This document shows positions 8,465 to 18,551 of a stretch of 64,000 nucleotides of DNA, in pieces. Positions within the stretch are counted from its first letter, which is position 1; every line of letters begins with the position of its first letter. Location of the stretch: positions 193,534-257,533 of IMG/VR virus record IMGVR_UViG_3300023296_000874. One strand, written 5' to 3'. The notes beneath the pieces are model-generated. The model saw nothing but the letters and a program-made list of their open reading frames with translations. It made no database searches and was not told where the DNA came from. Position numbers and translations under genes: made by a program.

Positions 8465-9028
8465 TCAGTCTACGAAGCTGACACTGATGCCGTCACCCTG
8501 TGCCGCCTCAATGTCATCGACGGTGCCCTGAACCGCGCCGAGCGTGTTGGTCAGGTCCGTCAAGGTGGATTGGATGGCGGTCAGGTCGACAGTGTTGTCG
8601 TCGAACCCGTCCGTGAGATCTGATTGTAGTGTGGTGACCTTGGTGTCGACGGCAGCAACGGCAACCGTGACGTCCGTGTCAGGAACAATGTCAACCTGTT
8701 GAGTCCACTGCACGAAGTCCTGGTCGTCAGGGTCTTCGGGGATCACTACCCAGGTGAAAGTCTCAGCGGTGTCCAACTCGTCGGCGCTGAACAGGACTGC
8801 GTAGACGCCGAAGCCTACCTCAGCGAAGTTCTCGCCCGCTTGGGGGTCAGCCGTGTCCGCCACATTGACGAGTGGTGTCAGCCGTGTGAATGTCAGAGCG
8901 CCGTGCTTCTTGTAGAAGACCCTGACCTGAGCTGCGGTGATCAGAGCGATCGGATCGCGTGTGGTAGCGTCGAGGACTTGTAGCTCAAGCCACGATGCGA
9001 CGCTCTGTTCGACCTGTACTGTAGCCAT
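8465..9028 (-). CDS. Virion protein: beta-sandwich domain plus C-terminal coiled coil
   Basis: GVYAVLFSADELDT motif; heptad repeat in the C-terminus. Confidence 0.55.
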   Translation of the reverse strand: MATVQVEQSVASWLELQVLDATTRDPIALITAAQVRVFYKKHGALTFTRLTPLVNVADTADPQAGENFAEVGFGVYAVLFSADELDTAETFTWVVIPEDPDDQDFVQWTQQVDIVPDTDVTVAVAAVDTKVTTLQSDLTDGFDDNTVDLTAIQSTLTDLTNTLGAVQGTVDDIEAAQGDGISVSFVD

Positions 9029-9057
9029 GTAGATACCTCACTCGTTGAGTCCACGGC

Positions 9058-9073
9058 TACAAAAGGATTAGGG
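9058..9073 (-). promoter_or_regulatory. Putative late promoter motif
   Basis: CCCTAATCCTTTTGTA, 30 nt upstream of ATG 9028. Confidence 0.7.
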
Positions 9074-9406
9074 CTACCTGTCCTTCTTGCCCTTGCCCTT
9101 GCCTTTACCGCCGTCGCCTTTGTCCTTGCCCGGTCGCGGCGTCTCAACCGGAGCGGGTGCCCAGCTCTTAGCCTCAATCGCGTCTGCGATTGTCGTAGCC
9201 CGAGCAGCGTGGTGCGCAGTCATTGGATCTGCACTCATTGTTAGAGCTCGTCCCCGAAGGTGTGCAACTGCCTCACCCTCGGTTCGTAGTGTCCCGTCTT
9301 CTGACCTTTTGGCCTCTACACACAGCGACGCCATCAAGTCGTCACCGTATGATTCGGCCTTGTTTCGAGCGTCTGAAATCCAGTCAACAAAGTCAGACAC
9401 AACCAT
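9074..9406 (-). CDS. Hypothetical protein with a GK-rich tail (possible fibre chaperone)
   Basis: TGATG coupling to the fibre gene. Confidence 0.6.
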   Translation of the reverse strand: MVVSDFVDWISDARNKAESYGDDLMASLCVEAKRSEDGTLRTEGEAVAHLRGRALTMSADPMTAHHAARATTIADAIEAKSWAPAPVETPRPGKDKGDGGKGKGKGKKDR

Positions 9407-10602
9407 CAACCCGCCTTCACGAGGCTAAACCATGAGCCCGTGTCCATTTTGCTATCAGATACACCCTGCGTCTGCTGCGACCACTTGAGTGAGAATCTAC
9501 CCGGCGTTGTCACCTGGATGAACCCTTGGAAGTGAATGGAGTTGAAGCTGCTCTCGCCCGTTGTGCTCGGCGTCTGGACGGTGCCGAGGTTGATGAACGC
9601 TCCCTGCTGCGAGTCCAAGTCCATCGTATAGTTCCCCGTGGCAACACCTCCGTCGTCCACAAGCCACTGCACCTTCTGGTCTGCCGCAGCGAGCCCTGCT
9701 CGAATCAGCCGGGCCTGGAAGATGTACGTCCCGTTCTCGACGTCATCCACAAACAGGTGAGGGTCAATCGCTGGGGTGTTGGTGTTGTTCCGTACCGTCT
9801 GCGAGGGCTTGATGGCATAGAACGCATCACTTCCGCCGCCGCCACCCAGATTGCCGAGCTTCACCTTCATCTTGGCGTTACCATTCGCCGAGTCCTCAAC
9901 GATGACGAGGTCGTCATGGTCGGGCGCAACCTTCTCGGAGAGCTGGTTGATTTCACCGCTGATTGTGCGGTGAATAGCGGTACCATCACCGCCAGCGGGG
10001 ATCCAACCAGCATCCAGCTCGTTACCGCCGCCACCGGACCGAGGGATGGAGTTGGTCGCGGGTACGTTGGTCGCTATGGAGTCTGAGCCGTTGTACTGAT
10101 GAGAGGCTTCGTGTCCGTGTGGGTTCCGATCGTCGGTGAAGCGGGCGTCACCCGTATCAACCAACGTGGCATCACTCACCTTCGCGTTGAGATTCGCAAG
10201 CGTGTCCGCAGTGTGGCTTCCGAGGGTGTGTGCCGTAGGTGTCCGAGCGTCAGAGAACCGAGAGTCCGTCGTGTCTACCAACGTGGCATCACTCACCAGC
10301 GTGTTCAGATTCGCCAAGGTGTCAGCGGAGTGACGCGCCCCGGCAAAGACGTGGGAAACCGCACCACGGTCGTTGGTGTTCCGAGAGTCGCTGTCGGTGA
10401 CGTACTTGTTGCCACCTGCCGGATTGCCGTCAGTGCCCGCCAGTGCAGCCTTCTCATCTGACGTCGGAGCGAGTGCGGCGATGTCAGCACCGCCAACGTC
10501 GATAGTTGCGGCAGTCATCTTCTTGACCGTGATGTCGTCGGCGGCTCCATCGACCATTGCCCACACACCGGCAACCAGCTTCAGGATTTTTACTTCAGCC
10601 AT
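9406..10602 (-). CDS. Fibre protein (head/tail fibre) with His-containing repeats
   Basis: HxADTLANLN..VSDATLVDT repeats, HEASH motif, C-terminal beta-sandwich. Confidence 0.7.
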   Translation of the reverse strand: MAEVKILKLVAGVWAMVDGAADDITVKKMTAATIDVGGADIAALAPTSDEKAALAGTDGNPAGGNKYVTDSDSRNTNDRGAVSHVFAGARHSADTLANLNTLVSDATLVDTTDSRFSDARTPTAHTLGSHTADTLANLNAKVSDATLVDTGDARFTDDRNPHGHEASHQYNGSDSIATNVPATNSIPRSGGGGNELDAGWIPAGGDGTAIHRTISGEINQLSEKVAPDHDDLVIVEDSANGNAKMKVKLGNLGGGGGSDAFYAIKPSQTVRNNTNTPAIDPHLFVDDVENGTYIFQARLIRAGLAAADQKVQWLVDDGGVATGNYTMDLDSQQGAFINLGTVQTPSTTGESSFNSIHFQGFIQVTTPGRFSLKWSQQTQGVSDSKMDTGSWFSLVKAG

Positions 10603-10614
10603 GATGGGCTCCTA

Positions 10615-13600
10615 TCAATCGTAGAACGTTGCATCGCCTTCAAGGTCGACGATGTAGATGCTGCCCGCAAAGGTGTCCGCTCCGTCCCCTCCGAGCCTGC
10701 GCAGAGCGAAGATCACCGTATCACCGGGGAGGTAGGAGCTGACATTGAGTTCTACGGATGTTTCCTGGATGGAGCTTACAGTCCCACTCACCGCCGCTGC
10801 GGGTACAGAGAGGATTTCTTCCGTCTGTCCGCCATTGAGAAGGGTTCCGATAGTAATCCTACCGAACCTGAAGTCAAAGCGAATGTCTCCGACACCCGCG
10901 TCAACCTGAGCCCACCGCCACCGAACATAGAGCGGGCGTGATGTGTCAGTTGCACTCGGGATGCGGAACTTCAGCCCGAATCCGTCGGTGACGGAGTTTT
11001 CGAACTTGTTCTTCTTGACGGCGAGGTTGATCACTTCGCCGTAGTCGATGTTTTGGTTCTTTCCGGCAGCGCCAGAAAGGTCAGTGGCGAGGGCCAGGGC
11101 GATCCCGTCAATCGATAGGATCCTTTCAGAACCCCCGAATCGGTTGGTGCCGGAGTCTTTCTCCTCAATGTAGGAGTGCCCACCCTTGATACGTTCGATG
11201 GTAGGTGCCGTGGTGATGGCACCCTTGTTCCTGAACCTGATGTAGTACAGATCGTCGCCGTCAGACGGTGGATCGTTTGCTGTCCAGTTGGCCCATGCGT
11301 CGCCGGAGATGTTCAGCCGAAGGTTCTCGTCACCGGCAGCTCGTTCGAACAGTTTCTGAGCGAACTGTTTCCCTGGGTCAGATGTAGCAGCCATGCAGTG
11401 AATGAACTCCCACTCGGCTCCTGTCCACACTTCAACGTCGAGCGCTCCGTCCAGCGCTCCTACGATCTCGGTGTCGAACATACAAGGCTTGTACGGGAAT
11501 CCGACGTAGAGCCCATCATCCGCATCCTTGTTCCAGGTGGCTGTGCTGCCTGCCTGAGAGCTAAGGGCGGCAGTCACCTCGGTGAACTGCGTCAAGGAGT
11601 CATCGTAGCCCCATGCCCGCATTCCAAGCACGCTCGAGTCTCCAGTACCCACCGACAGTGAGGAGGGGAATTGAATCGTGCCTGCATCTACGGCACCGAT
11701 GAACTTGATGCCGGGGTTGTCACCTCCCGAACCCTGGTCGATGAAGCTGACAAGCAGCAGATCAGGGTTCCATGTAGATGGGAACTTGCTCAGTGCCTTC
11801 TCAAAGGCGCAAGCATCCATCACGAGGCGGGATCCTGATCCGGTCAGAGCATCATCTACCAAGAAGTCCAAGGCTGAACCATGGAAGGAGGCATTGCTGA
11901 TGTCCAAGTCGACCGCATTTCCGCTGATGTGGAGCCCGTTGGTGCAGGGCGAGGAGGTGTGGGGAATTGTGATGTTCTGTGCAGTGAGTTCGCCACCACT
12001 CACGTTGACTGCGTCCGTGCATGAGTAGAGCGCCGAGTTCTGAAACTGCAGGTTCTGGAGTCGGAGGATGCCGCCTGAGACGTCAATGAAGGAGTCACAC
12101 ACGCCCACGTTCGCAATCCAGTCCAATCCAATGCACACGCCTCCCGTGCATTCGAAGAAGTTGCCGCTTGTGGTCCCGCCATTGTGGTAGAGCCCCTGAA
12201 TGGCGGCAAGGATGCCGGATCCAGCGCCACGCACCAAAGGTCCCGTGTGTCCCGCACCACCGCCCTGCACAATGCAGTTGAACATAACTGCCAGATTGCC
12301 GCCTGGCAGTCCGCTGCAATCGATGGCCGGGTTCGTACCCGAACTCGGGCCAACTACGGTGAGCTCGCGAAGGGTTCCTGTCTTGTTGAGGATCACACGA
12401 GAGCTTGTAGTATCGGCACCCGCGATGATGACGTTCTGTCCGTTCGGGGTGCCGGTCACACGTACCGAAGATTCCACGGCGGTAAAGTCCAAGCTCTCTG
12501 CATAGGTTCCGGGGTACACGAGTACGGTCTGCCCCGCTACGGCGGCGTCCATAGCCGTCTGGATACTGGTGTAGTCTGCTCCCGTGGCACCTACTGTGAC
12601 GACGCCCACCGGAGATACGAGCATGTTGGCGAGCTTGACGCGCTTCTTGGCGAAGCTGGCGGCTGAGTCCTCAATGAGGAGGAAGTCATCGCTGACCGGG
12701 TTCGTCTTCTCCGTAACGCCGCTGATCTCGCCGGTCTGGTCGGTGTGGAAAGCCGTACCGTCCGCACCGTCATCTACGGTCGGGTTGGGGTAGGATCCTC
12801 CGAGATCGCCGCCAGCCGTCCCCGAAGGTGCTCGAGAGTCTGATAGTCTGGAGTCACCTGTGTCAATCAAGGTGGCGTCACTGATCTTCGAGTTCAGGTT
12901 CGCCAGGGAGTCTGCATTGTGAGATGCACCGCCCAGGTCGTGAGCGGTAGGCGCTACACCGGGCAGGTTCCCGATTTGAATCTTCTTCTTGATCTTCGCG
13001 GCTGCGGAGTCTTCGATGATCAGGTAGTCACCGCTGACGGGTGTTGCCTTCTCTGGAACCGTGTCCAGCTCAGCCGCTACGTTCCGGTGAATGGCTGAGC
13101 CATCCGCACCGTCGTTCACCGTTGGGCTTGGGTAGCTACCGCCGAGGTCTCCACTCGCTGAACCGTTGGGGGGCCTGGAGTCGGTGAAGCGTGCATCACC
13201 CTCGTCAACGAGCGTGGCGTCATCGATCTTCGTGTTGAGCTGAGAGAGCGTAGTGGTGCCGTGTGTTGACCCACCCAGATCGTGCGTCAGCGCCTTCCTA
13301 TCATCCGAAAGCCTGGCATCTGTAGTGTCGATGAGCGTTGCATCGCTCACCTTCGAGTTCAGGTTGGCGAGCGTATCCGCAAGGTGGTCTCCACCGCCCA
13401 GGAGGTGATTCGCTCCGACCTCGCCACCCACGGCAGAGAAGGACATGTTGGAGTTGGTACCGGATGCAACTTCGAAGTTGCCCGCTGCGGCGCTTCTCAA
13501 GGCTGACACGCGCGTCTTGTAGACGGTGCCCACGGCACCAAGGCCGTGAGCTGAAGTGCGGCAGAAGGCGTGACGTGGCGCGGTGAGCCCGCACTTCAGG

Positions 13601-14037
13601 ACGATGTCGTCCTGGCTGGCGGACAGTACCTCGTACAGCCCGTCGTTGAGGCCCGTACCCTTCACCATCGCGTAGTCACCAGCGGCCCAGGGATCTTTCC
13701 CGCCGAGGTCGATGTTGAGCGAAGCGTCGGTGAAGCCCTTGGTGGAGCCACCCCAGCCCTCAATCGCGTAGCCCGGAGATACGGGATCATCTACGACAGC
13801 CAGACCGCCGTACCGCCCGGCGTCTTCCGAGTAGAGATTGTTGAGCAACAGATAGGCTTCGCTTGAGTAGAAGCCCTCCTTGCGGCCCGACTGCGCCCCG
13901 GTCTGATCGCCAATGACAATCTGACCGCTGGCTACGGTGTGGCTACCGTAGGAGGTGACGGCTTTGATCTCTCCAGAGACAGTATCTTGGAGAATCCACG
14001 TACCGTCCTCGAGCTGTAGTAGTCGAATCTGAGACAT
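10615..14037 (-). CDS. Large fibre/spike protein with a repeat stalk and pectate-lyase-like beta-helix
   Basis: Repeats shared with 9406-10602; GDLGGSYPxPTV repeats; VTVGATGADYTSIQTAMDAA..VLVYPGTY beta-helix cap. Confidence 0.75.
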   Translation of the reverse strand: MSQIRLLQLEDGTWILQDTVSGEIKAVTSYGSHTVASGQIVIGDQTGAQSGRKEGFYSSEAYLLLNNLYSEDAGRYGGLAVVDDPVSPGYAIEGWGGSTKGFTDASLNIDLGGKDPWAAGDYAMVKGTGLNDGLYEVLSASQDDIVLKCGLTAPRHAFCRTSAHGLGAVGTVYKTRVSALRSAAAGNFEVASGTNSNMSFSAVGGEVGANHLLGGGDHLADTLANLNSKVSDATLIDTTDARLSDDRKALTHDLGGSTHGTTTLSQLNTKIDDATLVDEGDARFTDSRPPNGSASGDLGGSYPSPTVNDGADGSAIHRNVAAELDTVPEKATPVSGDYLIIEDSAAAKIKKKIQIGNLPGVAPTAHDLGGASHNADSLANLNSKISDATLIDTGDSRLSDSRAPSGTAGGDLGGSYPNPTVDDGADGTAFHTDQTGEISGVTEKTNPVSDDFLLIEDSAASFAKKRVKLANMLVSPVGVVTVGATGADYTSIQTAMDAAVAGQTVLVYPGTYAESLDFTAVESSVRVTGTPNGQNVIIAGADTTSSRVILNKTGTLRELTVVGPSSGTNPAIDCSGLPGGNLAVMFNCIVQGGGAGHTGPLVRGAGSGILAAIQGLYHNGGTTSGNFFECTGGVCIGLDWIANVGVCDSFIDVSGGILRLQNLQFQNSALYSCTDAVNVSGGELTAQNITIPHTSSPCTNGLHISGNAVDLDISNASFHGSALDFLVDDALTGSGSRLVMDACAFEKALSKFPSTWNPDLLLVSFIDQGSGGDNPGIKFIGAVDAGTIQFPSSLSVGTGDSSVLGMRAWGYDDSLTQFTEVTAALSSQAGSTATWNKDADDGLYVGFPYKPCMFDTEIVGALDGALDVEVWTGAEWEFIHCMAATSDPGKQFAQKLFERAAGDENLRLNISGDAWANWTANDPPSDGDDLYYIRFRNKGAITTAPTIERIKGGHSYIEEKDSGTNRFGGSERILSIDGIALALATDLSGAAGKNQNIDYGEVINLAVKKNKFENSVTDGFGLKFRIPSATDTSRPLYVRWRWAQVDAGVGDIRFDFRFGRITIGTLLNGGQTEEILSVPAAAVSGTVSSIQETSVELNVSSYLPGDTVIFALRRLGGDGADTFAGSIYIVDLEGDATFYD

Positions 14038-14044
14038 TGGTCCC

Positions 14045-14266
14045 TCAGTAGGTAAGGCTCTTCATCCGGTTCAGGCGGTCAACGAAGGCCGCTTCAGGGC
14101 TGTTGTTCCACTCGCACCGAACCTCGTTGAGCTGGTCGGCTGAGATGTCGAAGTAGAACTCGCCCTTGCCGGGACGCTCTACCTTGAGGGATGCGAGCTT
14201 GTAGCCTCGCTGCTCGAGGTATGCGGCGAAGGAGACGTTGGTACACTTGTAGGGCTTGTTTTCCAT
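14045..14266 (-). CDS. Small DUF5659-like protein
   Basis: FAAYL..G...FYF...KSL pattern; paralog of 16365-16622. Confidence 0.6.
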   Translation of the reverse strand: MENKPYKCTNVSFAAYLEQRGYKLASLKVERPGKGEFYFDISADQLNEVRCEWNNSPEAAFVDRLNRMKSLTY

Positions 14267-14276
14267 GATTGTTTTC

Positions 14277-16298
14277 CTATGTGATTTCGATCTCAGGGAA
14301 TACCTGGATCACTACTGAGCCGTCCCCGACACCTATGCCGAGCGGTGCAACTACCTCACCCGTGCTTGATGGGGCAGTGTTTGTGATGTTTCCCGCTGCG
14401 GAGGCTGAAAGATAAGCTCTATCCCCCGCACCTACGGAGCCTGAGAAGGGGGCGTTACCGCTCAACTGAACGAAACAGGTTGTGTCACCTTTCTTCTCTT
14501 TCACGAAGCCGATGACACGCGATGTAGCCATAGAGGTAGCGATGGCTTGCTGGATCTTGCCCGTACCGTCCAGGTAGCAAGCATCCGCGACTGCAACTCC
14601 GGAGTCACAGGTAAACTCGCGGTAGGTCCCTGACGGTCGGATGAGATCGTGGTGATCACCCGATGTCTGCGTCCAGTAGGCATGTCCATCCCACCAATCG
14701 CCGCCACCATCCGACGTCCAGATCTCGTACTCATTTCCGGGCGCACTACTTAGTCGCCCAATCATCGCACCCTTCTTGAGTGTGATGTCCTGTTGGACGT
14801 CCGTATCAGATTCCAGGGCGATTTTGGTGCCCCGAATCTCAACATCCCCCTCAACACCACCGCCGTCGGGCTGGCCTCCTCTCAGATAGAGAGTGCCGCC
14901 ATCACCTGTACCCGCTGATTTGCCTCCCATTACCTTCAGGGAGCCGCCGTCGGCGTCTCCTGACGGCTGTCTACCCTCAATGCCGCTGACACTGATTACC
15001 TGTCCATCCTCGCCAACGTGACCGGAGGTCAGAACGCTTGACAGAGGCGGTACCACATCGAACTCATCGTCGATGGATTGGAGCACCTCTTGGATGTTGT
15101 CGCCATCGATGTTGTTGAAAGAGTCGCGTTGGACGCTGATTTTCTCAGCCGGTACTATGGGTCCAATACCGTTCGGGGCGTCCCCCAAGAATCGTGGCAG
15201 GTCACCCGCTTGTGGGTCTGCAATTCCCGAGGTTGCGTCGTAGTTGCCTCCGAAGGTTGAACCCGCCTCGGAAGCGAGGCTGTTAGGTGCGATTTCTGTG
15301 CCCGATCGCATAGCGATCGTCAGGTTGGCAGGGCTCCGAATCATGATGGGCTCAAGCCCCGTCAAACCCTTGATGGTAGAGCCAATCATCAATACGGCTA
15401 CGTCAGAGTCCGCACCACTCACTTCGAAGAGTTCAGGAGCGCCACTTACTACGCTGTAGACGTACACCTCACGGATGACGGCGAGTTGACGGCCACCGGG
15501 GTTCCACTGAATCGGTGCATCGCCGCTTACCGGAGGGAGCAGAGTCAGACCCTCAATGCTGTAGAGGTTGGTGATCGTCACCCCGGCCTCAAAGGTCAAG
15601 GGCGTGGTCGAGCCACCGTAGATCTTCCCCAGGCCTTCGATCTCCAAAGCGGCCTGGGTGTAAACCCTCGCACCCCCGTCGGATAGCTTGGCGTTCTTGA
15701 AGTCGTACTCGCCCGCTGGGATGGTCGGGTGCTCGAACTCATCGAGCCCCGACGCATCGATGATCACTTCACGGAAGACGTCCGAGCCGATCTCGTCGAA
15801 GTCAGCGTAGAGGTTAGCCCAATCGCTGTATACGTTACCGCTCGGCTCGGATTCGTTGGGGTCGAACACGAACTTGGGTGGGTCGACGGCAGTATCATCG
15901 AGGCTCTCGAGCGCCTTGTGCAGGTGGTCGCCCCAATCTCGCTGTCCAACGGCAGGAATTATCATGCCCTTGTTCGCGGTAGGGACAGACACATTGCTGA
16001 AGGCGCTGCTTGGGGCCTTGCCTTGAGTGGTCTCCGAGGTCTTGTTTCCGGTAGCCGTGACCACCAGGAAGAACCTGTACGTGCCTACGACGTCCGGGGT
16101 GAACTTCGCGCTGACGGAGTTGGGGGTCGTGAGGGCGGCAGAGCTACCGGGTGGCTTGGCTGCGAGCGTCCATGCGTAGGACGTAATCGTACCGCCATCC
16201 GGGTCGTTGCTCTCACTACCGTCAAGCGTCCACTCAACACCACTGACGGCATTGACGGCATCACCGGCTGTAACTGCAATGGGAAGGACTACTGGCAC
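14277..16298 (-). CDS. Virion fibre/decoration protein: PKD domain, Gly-rich segment and capsid-cement-like C-terminus
   Basis: TLDGSESNDPDGGTITSYAWT (PKD); VIGFV...GDRAYLSASAAG.IT.TAP. Confidence 0.7.
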   Translation of the reverse strand: MPVVLPIAVTAGDAVNAVSGVEWTLDGSESNDPDGGTITSYAWTLAAKPPGSSAALTTPNSVSAKFTPDVVGTYRFFLVVTATGNKTSETTQGKAPSSAFSNVSVPTANKGMIIPAVGQRDWGDHLHKALESLDDTAVDPPKFVFDPNESEPSGNVYSDWANLYADFDEIGSDVFREVIIDASGLDEFEHPTIPAGEYDFKNAKLSDGGARVYTQAALEIEGLGKIYGGSTTPLTFEAGVTITNLYSIEGLTLLPPVSGDAPIQWNPGGRQLAVIREVYVYSVVSGAPELFEVSGADSDVAVLMIGSTIKGLTGLEPIMIRSPANLTIAMRSGTEIAPNSLASEAGSTFGGNYDATSGIADPQAGDLPRFLGDAPNGIGPIVPAEKISVQRDSFNNIDGDNIQEVLQSIDDEFDVVPPLSSVLTSGHVGEDGQVISVSGIEGRQPSGDADGGSLKVMGGKSAGTGDGGTLYLRGGQPDGGGVEGDVEIRGTKIALESDTDVQQDITLKKGAMIGRLSSAPGNEYEIWTSDGGGDWWDGHAYWTQTSGDHHDLIRPSGTYREFTCDSGVAVADACYLDGTGKIQQAIATSMATSRVIGFVKEKKGDTTCFVQLSGNAPFSGSVGAGDRAYLSASAAGNITNTAPSSTGEVVAPLGIGVGDGSVVIQVFPEIEIT

Positions 16299-16340
16299 TG
16301 CGAATCCTCAAGTCTGGATTTGATCTCTGTCGACCCGTCG

Positions 16341-16356
16341 TACAAACGGATTATGT
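16341..16356 (-). promoter_or_regulatory. Putative late promoter motif
   Basis: ACATAATCCGTTTGTA, 43 nt upstream of the start at 16298. Confidence 0.75.
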
Positions 16357-16364
16357 CGCCGCGA

Positions 16365-16622
16365 TCAAATGTGGCAGAGGCTCTTGAGGGCCTTGATGGT
16401 GTCCGCATAGCACCGAGCGGCGATCTTGGCATCGTCGTTGATGTATTCGAGCTGTAGTCGCGCAATGGTACCGGAGCCATCGTCAATGAAGACGAAGTTG
16501 CAGCGTCGGCGGCGCTCATCAAGCCAGCGAGGAGGCTTCATCGTGATCCGAGCAGCCTTGAGGAAGGCCGCGAAGTACAGATCAGGAGTCTCGAAATCGC
16601 GCTTGGTAGGTAGGGTCGGCAT
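16365..16622 (-). CDS. Small DUF5659-like protein
   Basis: FETPDLYFAAFL...FVF...LKSL. Confidence 0.65.
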   Translation of the reverse strand: MPTLPTKRDFETPDLYFAAFLKAARITMKPPRWLDERRRRCNFVFIDDGSGTIARLQLEYINDDAKIAARCYADTIKALKSLCHI

Positions 16623-16637
16623 CTGTATGTTCCTTGT

Positions 16638-17129
16638 TTAGTCCAGCAGGTTCACTGGGTTCTGTTTTTGTGTTTTCTTCGGTGGTAGGGACCGAACGAT
16701 TTGGCCCGTGAGGGTCAACCGTCGTAGTCTCTCAAAGATGGTTCGCGATCCCACCAGAACCGCGTTCGCAGAATCCAGAAACCGCATGTGGTCTTTTACC
16801 TGCCATCTCTCACAGAGACGTAGGTCCAACCACATGCGGTATCGCGCTTTGATGAGCTGTGCTTCGCCGGGCAAGCCCGTGAAGTCTACCGACTCAAAGT
16901 CCGCATAGAGCGTCTTGAGGCGGTTCAGGATGTGTACAATCCGCTTTCGCTGAAAGAAGTTCGCTGGCATCCAGTCGGCACCAGCGAACTCTTTCTTATG
17001 CGAATCGAGCAGTTGGTACACCGCGTCAGAAGTGATGGAAGCCCTCAGCAGTCGGCCCGAAACACCCATCACGTACCTCGCAGTGATACCTCCAGTCCTC
17101 GTTATCACGTGGTAGTCAAGCAGGATCAA
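16638..17129 (-). CDS. Hypothetical protein
   Basis: Co-oriented ORF filling the gap. Confidence 0.55.
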   Translation of the reverse strand: MILLDYHVITRTGGITARYVMGVSGRLLRASITSDAVYQLLDSHKKEFAGADWMPANFFQRKRIVHILNRLKTLYADFESVDFTGLPGEAQLIKARYRMWLDLRLCERWQVKDHMRFLDSANAVLVGSRTIFERLRRLTLTGQIVRSLPPKKTQKQNPVNLLD

Positions 17130-17141
17130 CCTGCTCGGCTA

Positions 17142-17816
17142 TCAGGCGAAGACGGGGAGGATCTCGAGGTGTACGTTGAACTTGCCAGCGGTCAGCGTGG
17201 CGGCAGCCAGCGTGAACACCATCGTCTCGAGGGTGGCGTTCTTGGTGGAAGCCTGCGCCAACTGGGTCGTAACGGCCACATCGATGAGGCCGTTGCTCAC
17301 CTCTGCACCGTCAAACGCGATGACGTCGCCTGCGCTCCAGCCCGTGATGTCGGCCACAACCAGCTTCATGCCGTTGGTGTCCGCAGAGCGTCCGAGCATA
17401 CCGGTCGGGGTACCACCGGAGGTAGGGGCGACGATCACTTCAATCCAGCCACGGAGCATCAGGCATACCGGAAGCTCCTTGGTTGCGGCGTCAAGGCCGG
17501 TGAGCTCGTAAGCTCCGGCAGTCGCGCCGTCCACGGAGAAGTCGTACTGCCAGGTGTGTACCTGGATAGCACCACCAATCTGGGAGACGGTGAGGTTGCC
17601 TGCATCCACCTGCTTGCGGATTGCGCCAACTTCGTAGCTGAGAAGCACGTCAGAGCTGAGCGCGAGCTCAACGGAACTGGATGCTGGGACGTAAACCGGG
17701 CCAGGCCGACGCGCACGGTAGGCTCCCTCGCGACCAAGACCGAAGTCAACATCGTCGAGAAGAATGGAGCCTGTGGTGGCGTTGGTCACCCGGATGTAGA
17801 GACTTTCGAGGGCCAT
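17142..17816 (-). CDS. Putative virion structural protein (beta-rich)
   Basis: AGGAG RBS; two promoter motifs upstream; Ala/Thr/Gly-rich, TAGKFNVHLE C-terminal strand. Confidence 0.6.
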   Translation of the reverse strand: MALESLYIRVTNATTGSILLDDVDFGLGREGAYRARRPGPVYVPASSSVELALSSDVLLSYEVGAIRKQVDAGNLTVSQIGGAIQVHTWQYDFSVDGATAGAYELTGLDAATKELPVCLMLRGWIEVIVAPTSGGTPTGMLGRSADTNGMKLVVADITGWSAGDVIAFDGAEVSNGLIDVAVTTQLAQASTKNATLETMVFTLAAATLTAGKFNVHLEILPVFA

Positions 17817-17862
17817 GGTATTCTACTCCTGCGAGGGGGGTTGAGTTTCTTTGAGCGCGATC

Positions 17863-17878
17863 TACAAAAGGATTATGA
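17863..17878 (-). promoter_or_regulatory. Putative late promoter motif (consensus copy)
   Basis: TCATAATCCTTTTGTA. Confidence 0.8.
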
Positions 17879-17939
17879 GCAGTGCTCTCAAGAGTGATCA
17901 CGACACAGGGAAAGCCCGTTTCGCTCGTCTTGACTGCGC

Positions 17940-17955
17940 TACAAATGGATTATGA
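17940..17955 (-). promoter_or_regulatory. Putative late promoter motif (tandem second copy)
   Basis: TCATAATCCATTTGTA. Confidence 0.75.
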
Positions 17956-17957
17956 AC

Positions 17958-18542
17958 TCAGTATTGAGCTGAGATCCGAAGTTCAAAGTCGGTCGCACCG
18001 CCGACACCGCGCAGCCAGATCTTCTGGACGCGTCCTTCAATGCCGAGCTCGGCACCTGCGGCGAGGCTCTTCTCTGGTCCGTTCTCGCTGAACGCTACCA
18101 TCAGTGCCTCAGTGCTGTCCACGTTCTGAACAGCAAACTCGGTGGATGCGGGAATGTTGACGGCGATGGAGTTCGCCAAGGCGGCTCCTTGAGGCACCGT
18201 GCCGGTCATCATCCAGAAGTGGTATGATCCGCGCGCCGATTCCATCAGGAGGTGAACGTCGGACGTGGTGACGGCTACGGTAGCGTCAATGTCCTGGAAC
18301 CTCACGTACAGAGGTACGGTCAGCGAGTACTCGCTGAGCACGAGCTTGTGGAACACCTTCCCGCGCCAGTTCTGTCCGAGCCCGTTGCTCGGAGGCGACT
18401 GCTTCGCGGGAATGTCCACAAGGGTGCTCCATGTGGTGAGATCCGGGCTGGTTTGCACTCGAATTGACTGCGTGGAGCTGCCCCTCTGGTCGAGGAGTAG
18501 CTCCATGATGTCGTCAGTGCGCCTAATGAGTCCATCGGCCAT
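17958..18542 (-). CDS. Putative virion structural protein
   Basis: Two beta-sandwich-like halves; AGGAG RBS. Confidence 0.6.
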   Translation of the reverse strand: MADGLIRRTDDIMELLLDQRGSSTQSIRVQTSPDLTTWSTLVDIPAKQSPPSNGLGQNWRGKVFHKLVLSEYSLTVPLYVRFQDIDATVAVTTSDVHLLMESARGSYHFWMMTGTVPQGAALANSIAVNIPASTEFAVQNVDSTEALMVAFSENGPEKSLAAGAELGIEGRVQKIWLRGVGGATDFELRISAQY

Positions 18543-18551
18543 GAGTAGCTC

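Noticed and set aside
9406-14037. Diversity-generating retroelement or invertible fibre cassette
   Set aside because: The repeats appear to differ at synonymous positions rather than only at adenines, they are direct rather than inverted, and there is no reverse transcriptase or recombinase in the window
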